From assembly GCA_950097015.1 (NCBI GenBank), contig CATNEN010000024.1, positions 2,480,001-2,544,000 on the forward strand: a stretch of 64,000 nt of DNA, read 5' to 3'. Made by a program: the position numbers and the translations under genes. Positions 22,717 to 34,240 of the stretch are shown here, piece by piece. This stretch comes from Macrostomum hystrix. Taxonomy: Eukaryota > Animalia > Platyhelminthes. Below the pieces are notes generated by a model. It was not told the DNA's origin and did not search any database. It saw nothing but the letters and a program-made list of their open reading frames with translations. The number at the start of each line of letters is the position of its first letter. The first letter of the stretch is position 1.

Positions 22717-25700
22717 ATGTCCCTAGTGCAGTCGGTGCTATCTGCCTGGAAGGGCACCAGCTTCGAGCAGGTGAAGCAGGAGCTGGACGCCACCGCGGCT
22801 GACATCGCCGGCCAGCAGGACGCAGGAGATGCCGGCCGGAAGCGCCTAGTTGAGCTGAGCCGCGAATTCAAATCCGGCACCCCGGCCGAGGTGCGGAAAG
22901 CCGTGGCGCCTCTGCTGAAGAGCTTCCAGGCCGAGGTTGACAGCCTGTCGAAGCGGTCCAAGCACGCCGAGGCGGCCTTCCTCAGCGTCTACCAGAAGCT
23001 CATCGACCTGCCAGATCCGGCGCCGGCCTTCGATCATCTGGCCGGCATGCAGAAGCGGGTGCAGAGATGCAGCGATTTGGAAATTGAAAATAAACAACTG
23101 CGCGATCGCTTAGCCGAGTACAATGCCGAGTTTGCCGAGGCGAGTTGCTACCGACTGGACATTGTTGCGTGGATCTTGCTGGACTCCAATTCTCAGAATG
23201 GGATCGAGATCTTAATTGATCGTCAGAATGAGATTAGAATCTTCTAACATATTCAATATGAATTTTGGGATCTTTAAATATCATCGAAATCAGATCGAAG
23301 TCGTCAAATATCGTGAGAATAGGATTGGGATCTTGACGGATAAGTCAGAATGAAATTGGGATCTTGACGGATAGTCAGAATGAAATTGGGATCTTGAAGG
23401 ATAGTCAGAATGAAATTGGGATCTTGACGGATAGTCAGAATGGGATTGGGATCTTGAAGGATAGTCAGAATGAAATTGGGATCTTGACGGATAGTCAGAA
23501 TGAAATCGGGATCTTGAAGGATAGTCAGAATGAAATTGGGATCTTGAAGGATAGTCAGAATGAAATTGGGATCTTGACGGATAGTCAGAATGAAATTTGG
23601 ATATTGACGGATAGTCAGAATGAAATTGGGATGATGACGGATAGTCAGAATGAAATTGGGATCTTGAAGGATAGTCAGAATGAAATTGGGATCTTGACGG
23701 ATAGTCAGAATGGGATTGGGATCTTGACGGATAGTCAGAATGAAATTGGGATGATGACGGATAGTCAGAATGAAATCGGGATCTTGACGGATAGTCAGAA
23801 TGAAATTGGGATCTTGACGGATAGTCAGAATGAAATTGGGATCTTGACGGATAGTCAGAATGAAATTTGGATATTGACGGATAGTCAGAATGAAATTGGG
23901 ATCTTGACGGATAGTCAGAATGGGATTGGGATCTTGACGGATAGTCAGAATGAAATTGGGATCTTGACGGATAGTCAGAATGGGATTGGGATCTTGACGG
24001 ATAGTCGGAATGAAATTGGGATCTTGACGGATAGTCAGAATGAAATTGGGATCTTGACGGATAGTCAGAATGGGATTGAGATCTGACGGATAGTCAGAAT
24101 GGGATTGGGATCATTAAAAATCCCTAGGATGGAGGGTCTAGGGTGTCTAAAAATATTCGCAGTATGGATTAGTATATCAAGAGAATCTTCTATGACTATA
24201 TTTCTCTTCTCCTTTTTTTCAACCGCAACACGGCACTAATACAGGTGCGCAACCAGGAGGTGACGGTCAAGCAGCTGCGCGAGCGCCTTCGCGATCTGGA
24301 AGAATCCGTGGAGTCTCGCGTAGCAAATTCCGTTCGCGATCGGGAGCGCCAACTGGCGTTAGACTACGGCGAGAAGGCGAAACAGTTGAGCTCGGCTCAG
24401 CTTGAGGCTGCTCAGCGATTGGGCGAGGCTGAGCAGCGCGCCGCTCAGCTGCAGTCGGCGCTCGACTCCACTCGCGCCGAAGCGGCCAGCCTGAGACAGG
24501 CGCTGGATGACAGGTGAATGACGAAATTCCTGATGGGATATCCTGACGCTTTGGTCCCAAATCACCGAATTCTTTGATCCCAAATCACACAATTCTTTGA
24601 TCCCATTCCAAAATCACACAATTCTTTGATCACGAATCGCCCAATGCTAGGATCTCAAATCAATGCTTAATCTGTGTTCCCATATCTCCAGTGTTTATTT
24701 AATCGCAAAAATTACATCATCCTATGATTCCATTACGCCTTTTTTGTCCCAAATTAGTCGGTCTTAAATCAGACTAAACCTGAATTTCAATCCCAAATCC
24801 TCAAACGCGCAGGCAGTCGGCTCGCACAGACGAGATGGAACTGCTGGCGCAGGACGCCGAGAGGGCCAACGAGCGAGCCGCCCAGCTTGAGAAGGAACTG
24901 CTGGCTGCTCGGGCCCGCTTGGCAGGTCAGCGGACTTCGCCAGCCGGTTACGGCTCAACTTCTGACAACGCCAACGCCGCCGCAATCGCCGCCGCTGCCG
25001 CCGACGAAGCCGGGCAGTTTCGAAGAGCGGAGCTGGAGGCTCAGCTGGCTAGCAGGGAACGCGAACTGTCACAGCTGGCCGAGGACAACAGGTGAGACTG
25101 TGCTCAGAGAGCTGTCCATTGACCATACCTAACCCACAGGTGTCCATTTAACCTACCAGGCTCAGAGAGGTGTCCATTGACCATACCTAACCCACAGGTG
25201 TCCATTTAACCTACCAGGCTCAGAGAGCTGTCCATTGACCATACCTAACCCACAGGTGTCCATTTAACCTACTAGGCTCAGAGAGCTGTCCATTGACCAT
25301 ACCTAACCCACAGGTGTCCATTTAACCTACCAGGCTCAGAGAGGTGTCCATTGACCATACCTAACCCACAGGTGTCCATTTAACCTACCAGGCTCAGAGA
25401 GCTGTCCATTGACTATACCTAACCCACAAGTGTCCATTTAACCTACCAGGCTCAGAGAGGTGTCCATTGACCATACCTTACCCACGGGGTGTCCATTGAC
25501 TCTACCTCACCCAGAGAGGTGACCATTTACCCTTTTACCCTACCTGACCCAGAGAGGTGTCCATGGACCTCTACCTCAACTACAGAGATCCATAGACCAT
25601 ACCTGGCTCAGTGATTTCTATTAACCCTTCCTAAACTACAGAGGTGTCCATTGTCCATTCCTCACCCAGAGAGGTGTCCATTGACCCTACCTGAGCAGTA

Positions 25701-27293
25701 AGGCGTGGGTTGCTAACAGAAGAAAGCATTAGCCCCCCTATTGCCCCCTCGACCAGACGCCTTCAGCGGACCGCTGACGAGTTGCGCGAATCCCGCGCCC
25801 AGACAACGGCCGCGCTGGAGTCGCAGCTGGCCGACACTGTCAGACGGTTGGCAACCGCGGAGGAGCGCCTTCGCTATCAGAGCGACTACGACGAGATTCG
25901 TCGAGAGCTTCGCGTCCTCCAGACCGTCCAGTTCACCTACTCCGAGGAGGGCGACGACGCCGAGTCTTCGACCCTCAGCCTGGAGGAGCGGCTGGTGCGC
26001 CAGAACCGCACCCTGCAGAGTGAGGCCGCTGGCCTGCGGCTGCGCGCGGACCGGCTTCAGGCTGAGGTCGGCCGGCTAAGCGGCGAGCTGAACGAGTCGC
26101 GTGCCGACTGCGCGCGGCAGTCCAGGCTGGTTGAACAGCTAGAGGAGGATCTGCGCCGGGTGAAGGCCTTCTCCGCTATGTTCCGCGGCGCCGCCGAGGT
26201 CAGTGACAGCTAATATTGCAGAATATGTTAATTCTTAAGCTATAAACCACATCCCCATTTCTAATCCCTAAATGTCCCTGTTTCTAAGCCATTATCCCAT
26301 GGCTTAAACATTATCAAAGCAATTATTACCTGAGTTCCAAATTTCTAAGTGAATCCTAAAAATCCTTATCTGTTATAAGTTATCCCCTAATATCCCTATT
26401 TCTGAGCGACAATCCCCAATGTTCCCCATTTCTAATCAATTATCCCCAAAGATCCTCATTTTTTAAAGAGACGATCCCTAAAGACAGTCTCCAATTAGAC
26501 ATTCAAAATGTCATTCCCGAATCCCGATCCTGTTAGGATTTTAGGAGCAATAGTCTTCTTTTGACCAGGAGTACAATTTTTATCCCATTACCGCACGCAG
26601 GGCGAGGAAGGTTCCACCAATCAGTTTTTGTCACAAAATCAGCAACAGCAGCAGCAGGCGCATCAGAAGCAGCCCAGCTCGGAGGCGGAGGCGCTAGCCA
26701 GTGTGCTATCTGGCGGCCAGTCGGATTCCAGCGCGGCGCCGCAGGACGCGTCACTATTGAGCATAGTGCAAAGCCAGCGAGAACGCTACCGCGCCAGAGC
26801 CCAGGAGCTGGAGGTGGCCGCGGTCGCTCAACAGCAACAGCTCGGCGTCCTGCGCACCGAGCTGGACAAAGTCCGCTCAGACAATGTGAAACTTTACGAG
26901 AAGATTCGCTTCCTGCAGTCCTACCAGGCTGGCGAGTGTCAGCAGGGCGGCGGAGCCGGCAGCGGCGGCGAATTCAGCGGCTACTCGGAGGCCTACGAGA
27001 CTAGGCTGGATCCGTTTGCTAAATTCAGCCGGCGCGAACGGGAGCGCAAGATTGCGGAACTGCGACCCCACGATAAGCTCACCCTGAGTATAGGCCGGCT
27101 GATCCTCAGCAGCCGTACAGCCAGGGCTTTCGTGTTCTGCTACACAGTCCTGCTGCACCTGCTAGTGTTCCTGGTGCTGTTTCGCATGGCCTACATGGAA
27201 ACTGACAGGCGGGATCTGTCAGCCGAGTGTCAGCACAAATTTCAGGAGCACATGCTGCGAGTACACAATGACTCCGGCCAACACCGCCACTGA
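22717..27293 (+). CDS. CASP: Protein CASP (golgin; CUX1/CUTL1 alternative-product homolog, yeast Coy1 family), 701 aa
   Basis: Exons 22717-23139 (GC donor GAG|gcgagt), 24245-24513, 24813-25091, 25757-26198, 26601-27293; total 2106 nt in frame. Recognisable motifs LLKSFQAEVDSLSKRSKHAEAAF, EYNAEFAE|VRNQEVT, LLSIVQSQRERYR, DNVKLYEKIRFLQSY, YETRLDPF, TM FCYTVLLHLLVFLVLF with the conserved Y and H. Confidence 0.93.
23325..24115. repeat. 30-bp intronic minisatellite (ttgacggatagtcagaatgaaattgggatc)
   Basis: CASP intron 1; source of ORF 23364..24086. Confidence 0.95.
25098..25700. repeat. ~58-59-bp intronic minisatellite, decaying toward its 3' end
   Basis: ctcagagagctgtccattgaccatacctaacccacaggtgtccatttaacctaccagg repeats in CASP intron 3. 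Confidence 0.9.
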
Positions 27294-27319
27294 GACTGGG
27301 GAATCGTGGGGATGGGCTA

Positions 27320-28015
27320 TGTCAGGCATTGTTATCGCAGACTGCTGACAATGTCAGGCACTGTCAGGCACTGTTACTGCAGACTGCTGACAACGTCAGG
27401 CACTGTTACTGCAGACTGCTGACAATGTCAGGCACTGTTATAGCAGACTGCTGACAATGTCAGGCACTGTTATCGCAGACTGCTGACAATGTCAGGCACT
27501 GTTATAGCAGACTGCTGACAATGTCAGGCACTGTTATAGCAGACTGCTGACAATGTCAGGCACTGTTATAGCAGACTGCTGACAATGTCAGGCACTGTTA
27601 TAGCAGACTGCTGACAATGTCAGGCACTGTTATAGCAGACTGCTGACAATGTCAGGCACTGTTATAGCAGACTGCTGACAATGTCAGGCACTGTTATAGC
27701 AGACTGCTGACAATGTCAGGAATTGTTATAGCAGACTGCTGACAGTGTCAGGAATTGTTATAGCAGACTGCTGACAATGTCAGGCACTGTTATAGCAGAC
27801 TGCTGACAATGTCAGGAATTGTTATAGCAGACTGCTGACAGTGTCAGGCACTGTTATAGCAGACTGCTGACAATGTCAGGCACTGTTATAGCAGACTGCT
27901 GACAATGTCAGGAATTGTTATAGCAGACTGCTGACAGTGTCAGGAATTGTTATAGCAGACTGCTGACAGTGTCAGGAATTGTTATAGCAGACTGCTGACA
28001 GTGTCAGGAATTGTT
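27320..28015. repeat. 32-bp minisatellite containing two palindromes
   Basis: Unit tgacaatgtcaggcactgttatagcagactgc, ~21 copies directly after the CASP stop; contains ctgaca-a-tgtcag and gcag-a-ctgc. Confidence 0.95.
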
Positions 28016-28834
28016 AAGACACATCAATAGTCTAATAGGTTGGTCGTTTTACGAATATTTGCCGAATCGTGCCAAACCTGGGATTATTTTATATATTCGA
28101 CCTAGTTCGGCAGTTGTTTGAATAACATTAGTTATAACTGAGTATCGATTTTTTGGCGTTTCAAATCAAGTTTATCCCTACAAATTAGAATAGTATTTCA
28201 AAGGGACAGTGCTTTAATTATCTGGCTGTGGATATGAAGGCTCCTTCATCAGCCTTCAATTTTGGTAAAAGGATTTTTCGTTTAAAAACTTTGTTTATAG
28301 AAAAATGTCGCTTAACGTAACTTGTGCTTTCCAAGAAACCTCTACATATGTTATGCAGAATCTTGTTGAGTCTAGTTTGTACACCGTTATTAAATATATA
28401 ATCTATAGTTATAGTAAATGAACTAGGTTTCTCAGCTATGTTGTTTGCATCGCTTGCTTATAATGAATTGCCTTTATTTATAAGAAATAAACATTGTAAT
28501 CTGTGCTGATAAACCCGATTGCGGTTGCTGCCAAGTTAAAGTTGTTGTAAATACTCGTAATACAGAATTCAATTCGGTCGAAGTAACAAAGTGGTGTCTT
28601 TTAGAATCCTTGCTTTGATCCTTGGACTAGATTGCACAGCCTGTGGCAGTCAAATGAACTGTCCCGTGGACTGGGGACCAGATAATGCGTTATATATTGT
28701 ACAGCTTGTTGAACTGGAACACTTGTTCGATGACAAAAATGGTTTCCGCTGGGTTGAGATACGAACTTCCGACATCTCGGCCAGTTAGCTAGTTAGCAGT
28801 AGAACCACCCCCTTGACGACTATTTTTTGTGCTG

Positions 28835-29228
28835 CACCCAAACGGAGCAACGCAAGCACACGAAACTCAAGAACACGGGCCAACTTATTATTTTTTGTCT
28901 CGCATCTTCTGAAACAAGAACCAAGTCGACAGCTCTTCAGACCGTCGAGATATTCAATGTTTCTGGACGAAGGTATGATTTTTCACATAAGAGCTAGTGT
29001 ATTTCATACACCCCTATACACGAATTAGCACTGCGCCTTGCCACTATAAATTGATCAGCATGTCACCCGAATGTGCCTGCATCATCTCTATCTTCAGTGG
29101 TCACCTAGCTATATCTAGACGGACTGCTGGGCCTTTAAGGGCTACAACAGGTAGAACTAGGCCACTATGACGCGAATTTGTTTAATTTCAGTGTTTAAGC
29201 CTAAATATTAGGTGCAGCTCAATCACAG
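28835..29228. mobile_element. Dispersed ~400-bp non-coding repeat, copy A
   Basis: Shares catcttctgaaacaaga..cagaccgtcgagatattcaatg..ttgatcagcatgtcacccgaatgtgcctgcatcatctc..tctagacggactgctgg..gcctaaatattagg with 32385-32790 and 48764-49200. Confidence 0.8.
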
Positions 29229-29403
29229 AAAGAAAAAATATTAATTGTAGATTAACGGCGCCACAACTTGATATGTTTAACAGATGCAAATCTATTAATA
29301 GATTGCAAAGACAGAAATGCATTAACTTTTATTAGAAATGTGCTTTCATATGATAGGCGGCCGACAATTTTAGTGTTACAAATTGGTGTGCTTTAGTAGA
29401 GTT

Positions 29404-32063
29404 TCAGTATAGCTGGTGCTGTACAAACATCTGCAACTGTCCTTTCTCATCGAACGGACCAAGAAGTGACGCGCCAGTGGCAGCGGCAGCAGCAGCAGCA
29501 GCAGCAGTCTCCTCTGAGAAGGCGACAAATTGCACAGCGGAGCGGCAGTCCGCGCAGCAACCGACAACGGCTGCGGCCGGGGCACCGGAAGCTTCGGCTG
29601 TTGAACTAGTCGAAGTTGCATTCGCAGCCGCCACTGCCTCGGCGACAATATCGACGCTGCTAACAACGTTGGAGCGCATTGAAGCGGAAACTGCGGAGAC
29701 TGCATCGTTGGTGGTTGACGCTGGCGGCCGTCGCTCCAGCACGCCGTGGCAGCGTCGGCTGCGCACCACCTGAAGGCAGCCTCGACTGACGTCCAGGCTG
29801 ACCTGACAGCAGCGGATTTGATTGGCTGATATTAGACAATAGCAATCAAAAATTGAGGTAGGTCAGATAGGCAATCACCTGTAGCCTAGGCAGCAGTGCC
29901 GGTGGCAGCTGAGACAAATAAGCCATCGTGTCAGCCAGCTGGCCAGAGTACAGGCCTGGACAGGGCCACAGTCGCATCAGCCGGTTTAGTAGTGACATCA
30001 GGGCCAGGCAGGCGTGACCATCGGCTGGCAGTCGGCCAGTCTCCAGGATCTGGTCGCCGCACTGGGCTGTGTAGACCCGCTGTTCGTCATCGGTTATGAT
30101 TAGACTGCGGCTGCTGTCCTGGGCGGACAGCCACAGGACTACCTGGCCTGCGGGTAGGCGGTGTGGCATTGGGATTACTACCAGGAATTCGTTTAGGCGA
30201 AAGGGTGATAAGTGTCTCTAGATCCCATTGATACCCACAATCCTTTAAACCAATAAAATCCAATTTTTTTATCCTAATGATCCTGACCCTGAAATCTTTT
30301 AAACACATGAAATCCCATTTCCTTTGATCCTAATGATCCTGATCCTGCAATCTTTTTTACCCATGAAATCCCATTTCCTTTGATCCTAATGATCCTGATC
30401 CTGCAATCCTTTAAACCCATGAAATCCCATTACTTTATGCTCAACTGATCTCCATGAAAAGCTATCAACGGGCACTCACCTCTGCACCCGGTCCTGCACA
30501 CCAGCCAGGGCGCCAGGTCGCGCAGGGCCATCCGACAGCCGCAGACAGTGACGCAATCGACTTTCGAGTCGGCAGATCGGCACAGGCCCAGTGGAAAGCG
30601 CTGGCCAGCAGGCGCAGTCGGCAATGCGGCGGTCGCCAAATCTCTGGACTGTCGACTCAGCTCAGCCAGGTAGCAGCATCGGCACAGAAACGGCGCCGCC
30701 ACTAATGCCGCCTTGTCGGATGTAGTGTGCAATAAAGTTAAGCTCGCAGACGCTTCGCCTAGCAGGGCGCAGCTGACCCGATAGATCTGGGAGCCCCCGA
30801 GGCGTCCGCAGTGCCCGCTGTGGCAGTGCCCACTCAGGGGCATTGAAATCAGCCAGAACTCCTTGCCGCACAGCTGGCAGCACTCGGACAGAGTTTTCAG
30901 CGACACGGAGGCAGCGACAGCGTCTGACGATGAATTACGGATGCATTTTAAAGCACAGAAAATAGAATATATTTTTTAAAATCCAGTATTTTTTCTTTCC
31001 TACTATTCGGCTTTAACAGTCACTGTCCCTCGGCAACAAGTACTTCGACCCTCTGTCATAAACATTTTTTTTCAAGTATTTTGACCACCTGCCCTTTGAT
31101 CGCCGCCACTGCCACTCATTCCTAAGTACTTTGACCCCCCTCACTGCAACCTTTCTTAAGTACTTTGACCCCCGTCACTGCCACCGATTTCTAAGTAACT
31201 TGACCTCCGTCGCTGCCACCGATTTTTAAGAAATTTGACCCCCGTCACTGCCACTCATTCCTAAGTACTTTGACCCCCGTCATTGCAACCTTTCCGAAGT
31301 ACTTTGACCCTCCTTACTGCAACCTTTCCTAAGTACTTTGACCCCCTCACTGCAACCTTTCTTAAGTACTTTGACCCCCGTCACTGCCACCGATTTCTAA
31401 GTAACTTGACCTCCGTCGCTGCCACCGATTTTTAAGAAATTTGACCCCCGTCACTGCCACTCATTCCTAAGTACTTTGACCCCCGTCATTGCAACCTTTC
31501 CGAAGTACTTTGACCCTCCTTACTGCAACCTTTCCTAAGTACTTTGACCCCCGTTACTGCCACTCATTCCTAAGTACTTTGACCCCCGTTACTGCCTCCG
31601 ATTCCTAAGTAATTTGACTCCCGTTACTGCCACTCATTCCTAAGTACTTTGACCACCGTCACTGCCACTCATTCCTAAGTAATTTGACCCCCGTTACTGC
31701 CACCGATTCCTAAATACTCTGCCACCGAGTCCTAAGTACTTTGACCCCCGTCACTGGTCCTCATTCCAGAACAGAAATCCGAATTCGCCTACCGGCACTC
31801 CCGGTGCAATCCTTAGCATGCCCATTGGCCAGAGCTCGCCAGTGCCTGTCGCAGAGTTTCGCCGCGCCTAGCCTGCGATGCCTCAGCTCTAGCAGAATCC
31901 GACAGCCGGCGCCGTCGGGCAGCTCGGCGAATCCGCGAGATCGCCGGCTGCAGAGGCGCTCGCAGCCGGCCGCAATGCAGGGAAGCCAACGCTGGGGCCT
32001 GCTAACTGGGGCTGAGTCAGCCGCGGCCTTAGCCGAACTGGGCCTTGCAGTCTCGCTGTTTGA
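29404..32063 (-). CDS. THAP-like zinc-finger / CxxC..CxxC protein, 460 codons, no in-frame ATG
   Basis: Minus exons 32063-31793, 30923-30480, 30147-29879, 29802-29404; all GT-AG, phases 1/1/0 compatible, 1383 nt. Exon 1: PCIAAGC..FAELP..AKLCDRHW (C2CH THAP-type spacing; the usual THAP Trp is not evident); exon 2: CCQLCG..FLCRCC; exons 3-4: WPCPG..VRSRRCHG. Confidence 0.7.
31080..31760. repeat. ~34-bp intronic minisatellite (aagtactttgacccccgtcactgccac...)
   Basis: Intron 1 of the THAP-like gene; includes a ~175-bp higher-order duplication. Confidence 0.9.
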
Positions 32064-32384
32064 CTGCGGAAGGTGACGTACGTTAGTGAAGTAATTGTAA
32101 AACTTTATTAAGCCATTTTCTTCAGCTATTTGCTTAATAATTATTTAGCTAAAGATTTGAGACTATTTTAAAGTTGTCAAGATTTTTTATCAATACTTTT
32201 CTGTATTTTAAAAAATTAAACGATTGTTCCCAATCTTCTAAACTGTTTGATTGATACTTTAAAATATCACTGATTCCATTTTTCCTTAATATTGGCCATT
32301 CTGTGAATCACCTATTTAAATTATCTAAACTTATAATAATATAAAATAAAACTATATCTAATTTCGGATTATGAAAGATGATTA

Positions 32385-32790
32385 ACAGGACCAAATTTTG
32401 GTTACACATCTTTTGAAACAAGAAACAAGTCGCTGAATTTTCAGACCGTCAAGATATTCAATGGTTCTGACCGAAGGTCGGATTATTCCCCTAAGCGCTA
32501 GTTTATTTCATACACCCCTATACACGAATTAGCACTACGCCTCAGTGCGGCCTAGCCAAGCCTTATAAATTGATCAGCATGTCACCCGAATGTGCCTGCA
32601 TCATCTCCGTCTTCGGTGGTCATGTACTTTTATCTAGACGGACTGCTGGACCTTCAAGGGCTACAACAGGTAGAAATAGGCCACTATCGATACCCTGACG
32701 CGAATTTCTCCCATTTCACTGATCAAGCCTAAATATTAGGCGCAGCACAGCCACAGGACACCCTCGTGTGTCAACTAATCAGTCACCAAC
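32385..32790. mobile_element. Dispersed ~400-bp non-coding repeat, copy B
   Basis: Colinear similarity to 28835-29228 and 48764-49200. Confidence 0.8.
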
Positions 32791-33319
32791 CAACGCTGTT
32801 AGCATTCGGGCGCTGCCAAAAATGTTCAGGGGGTATTGAAACTAAAAAACAGGCGGCAAAATGGCTTGGTATTCCTACTGTTAATCCAATAACTTTTATT
32901 TCTAAATAAAGTAATAATTGCAAAATTTTAACTTTTCATTGATCCTGAACTTTCATTAATAAACTAATAAATTCGATTAAATTGTAATTGGATCTTTTAT
33001 AAGCAAACAATGCTTAGTGATGCAACAAGACAATGACACAATGCTGTACAAATTCAGATTTAACTGAATTTATTTTTTTCAATTCGTCTGAAGTTTAGAA
33101 AAAGCCAAAATAAGACAAAAAACTTTTAAATGCTACTAATTTGCATTTACAAGTAGCAACGCGCGGACATAACCAATTTATTATCTGAGTGAAACCCAAA
33201 ATTTGAACATATAAAAATGGAGCAAATTTATAGACATACTAAATCAATATTATTTTTTAACAATAATAATGATCTAAAACTTTTCTGAACGGTAAAAATA
33301 TGTGTAATAAAATTAAACT

Positions 33320-33523
33320 CTAGTCTTTCTGCCTGATACCAGAGCGAAACTCTTGTACTTCACGATAGAGACCAGACAGTACAGCTACACCAGTAGGTCC
33401 GTGTACTGCAAAGAAACATATTATAAATGCGCTGCCGCCAACGTAGGCCTTTGGATGGCGCAGGAAATGAGCGTTCACTCGCGCTTTCAATCGACTGGAC
33501 CAATTGGACTGTGGCTGGGGCAT
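33320..33523 (-). CDS. Candidate small membrane protein (67 aa)
   Basis: MPQPQSNW..HPKAYVGGSAFIICFFAVHGPTGVAVLSGLYREVQEFRSG..; moderately GC-rich island in AT-rich DNA, acceptor cattcttccag just upstream of the ATG. No family recognised. Confidence 0.4.
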   Translation of the reverse strand: MPQPQSNWSSRLKARVNAHFLRHPKAYVGGSAFIICFFAVHGPTGVAVLSGLYREVQEFRSGIRQKD

Positions 33524-33929
33524 CACCGATTGGCTGGAAGAATGATATCACGCGGATAAATTATAACCCTGCTTGTCACTTACTCTGATACGACAGTCAG
33601 TTTTTTACTTGCTTTTCACCAACTCAAACAGTACAAAGAGACATTCCCAAATCCCAAAGATTCCAAGACCACATGTATCTTTATAGGAATTTGTGGGTGC
33701 TATGTCAATCAAAAATTTGTTGGAAGGATTTCACTGAATTTATACTTTTTAGACAGCCTACATTGGACAATTTTTGTTTGAGACTCGAGCCCTGAGTTTT
33801 TAATCCCTATGCACATTTTGTGACCATTCTGTGGTATATATAATTCTAAATTTACTGGCTTGGTGGTGAGTTTTCAATGCCATAATGGAGGTGGTGGTAA
33901 GGAGGCCTGCAGGCGATGGCTCATCATTT

Positions 33930-34240
33930 TCGTGACACTAGACCCGCAGCCAGCGAGGAGGCAATTCTGCCCATTTCGCTGACTCCTGAGCACACACGCA
34001 CACAAATACTGTACACAGGCATGCGCTCACACAGGTGTGTACATCTGCCCTGACTTTCTCATCGTCAGGCAGTGTACACTTCACTGTGTCTTGGAGGTTG
34101 GCCCTCAAGGGCGTCAATTGCACGACAAGCCCCAAAGCCTTCTCTCCGCGGCTGCGCCCCAAATAAATGTGGCCTCGCCGTGGAATCGAACTTAGGGACC
34201 GTGGTGCGAGAGGCAAATGCGTTAACCGCTCTGCCACTCA
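33930..34240 (-). mobile_element. tRNA-derived SINE-like element
   Basis: Minus strand begins gagTGGCAGAGCGGttaacgc...aaGTTCGATTCCacggcgaggcc (pol III A and B boxes); its 3' part recurs at 3320-3425 and 8965-9050. Confidence 0.65.

Noticed and set aside
23364-24086. (TDSQNEIGIL)n ORF as a CASP exon
   Set aside because: CASP conservation (EFAE|VRNQE) requires splicing it out.
31741-32076. + strand ORF with a weak FAD-oxidoreductase-like end (LAELGLAVSLFD)
   Set aside because: No GxGxxG motif and no downstream exons; the minus strand gives a coherent THAP-like exon with phase-matched splice sites.
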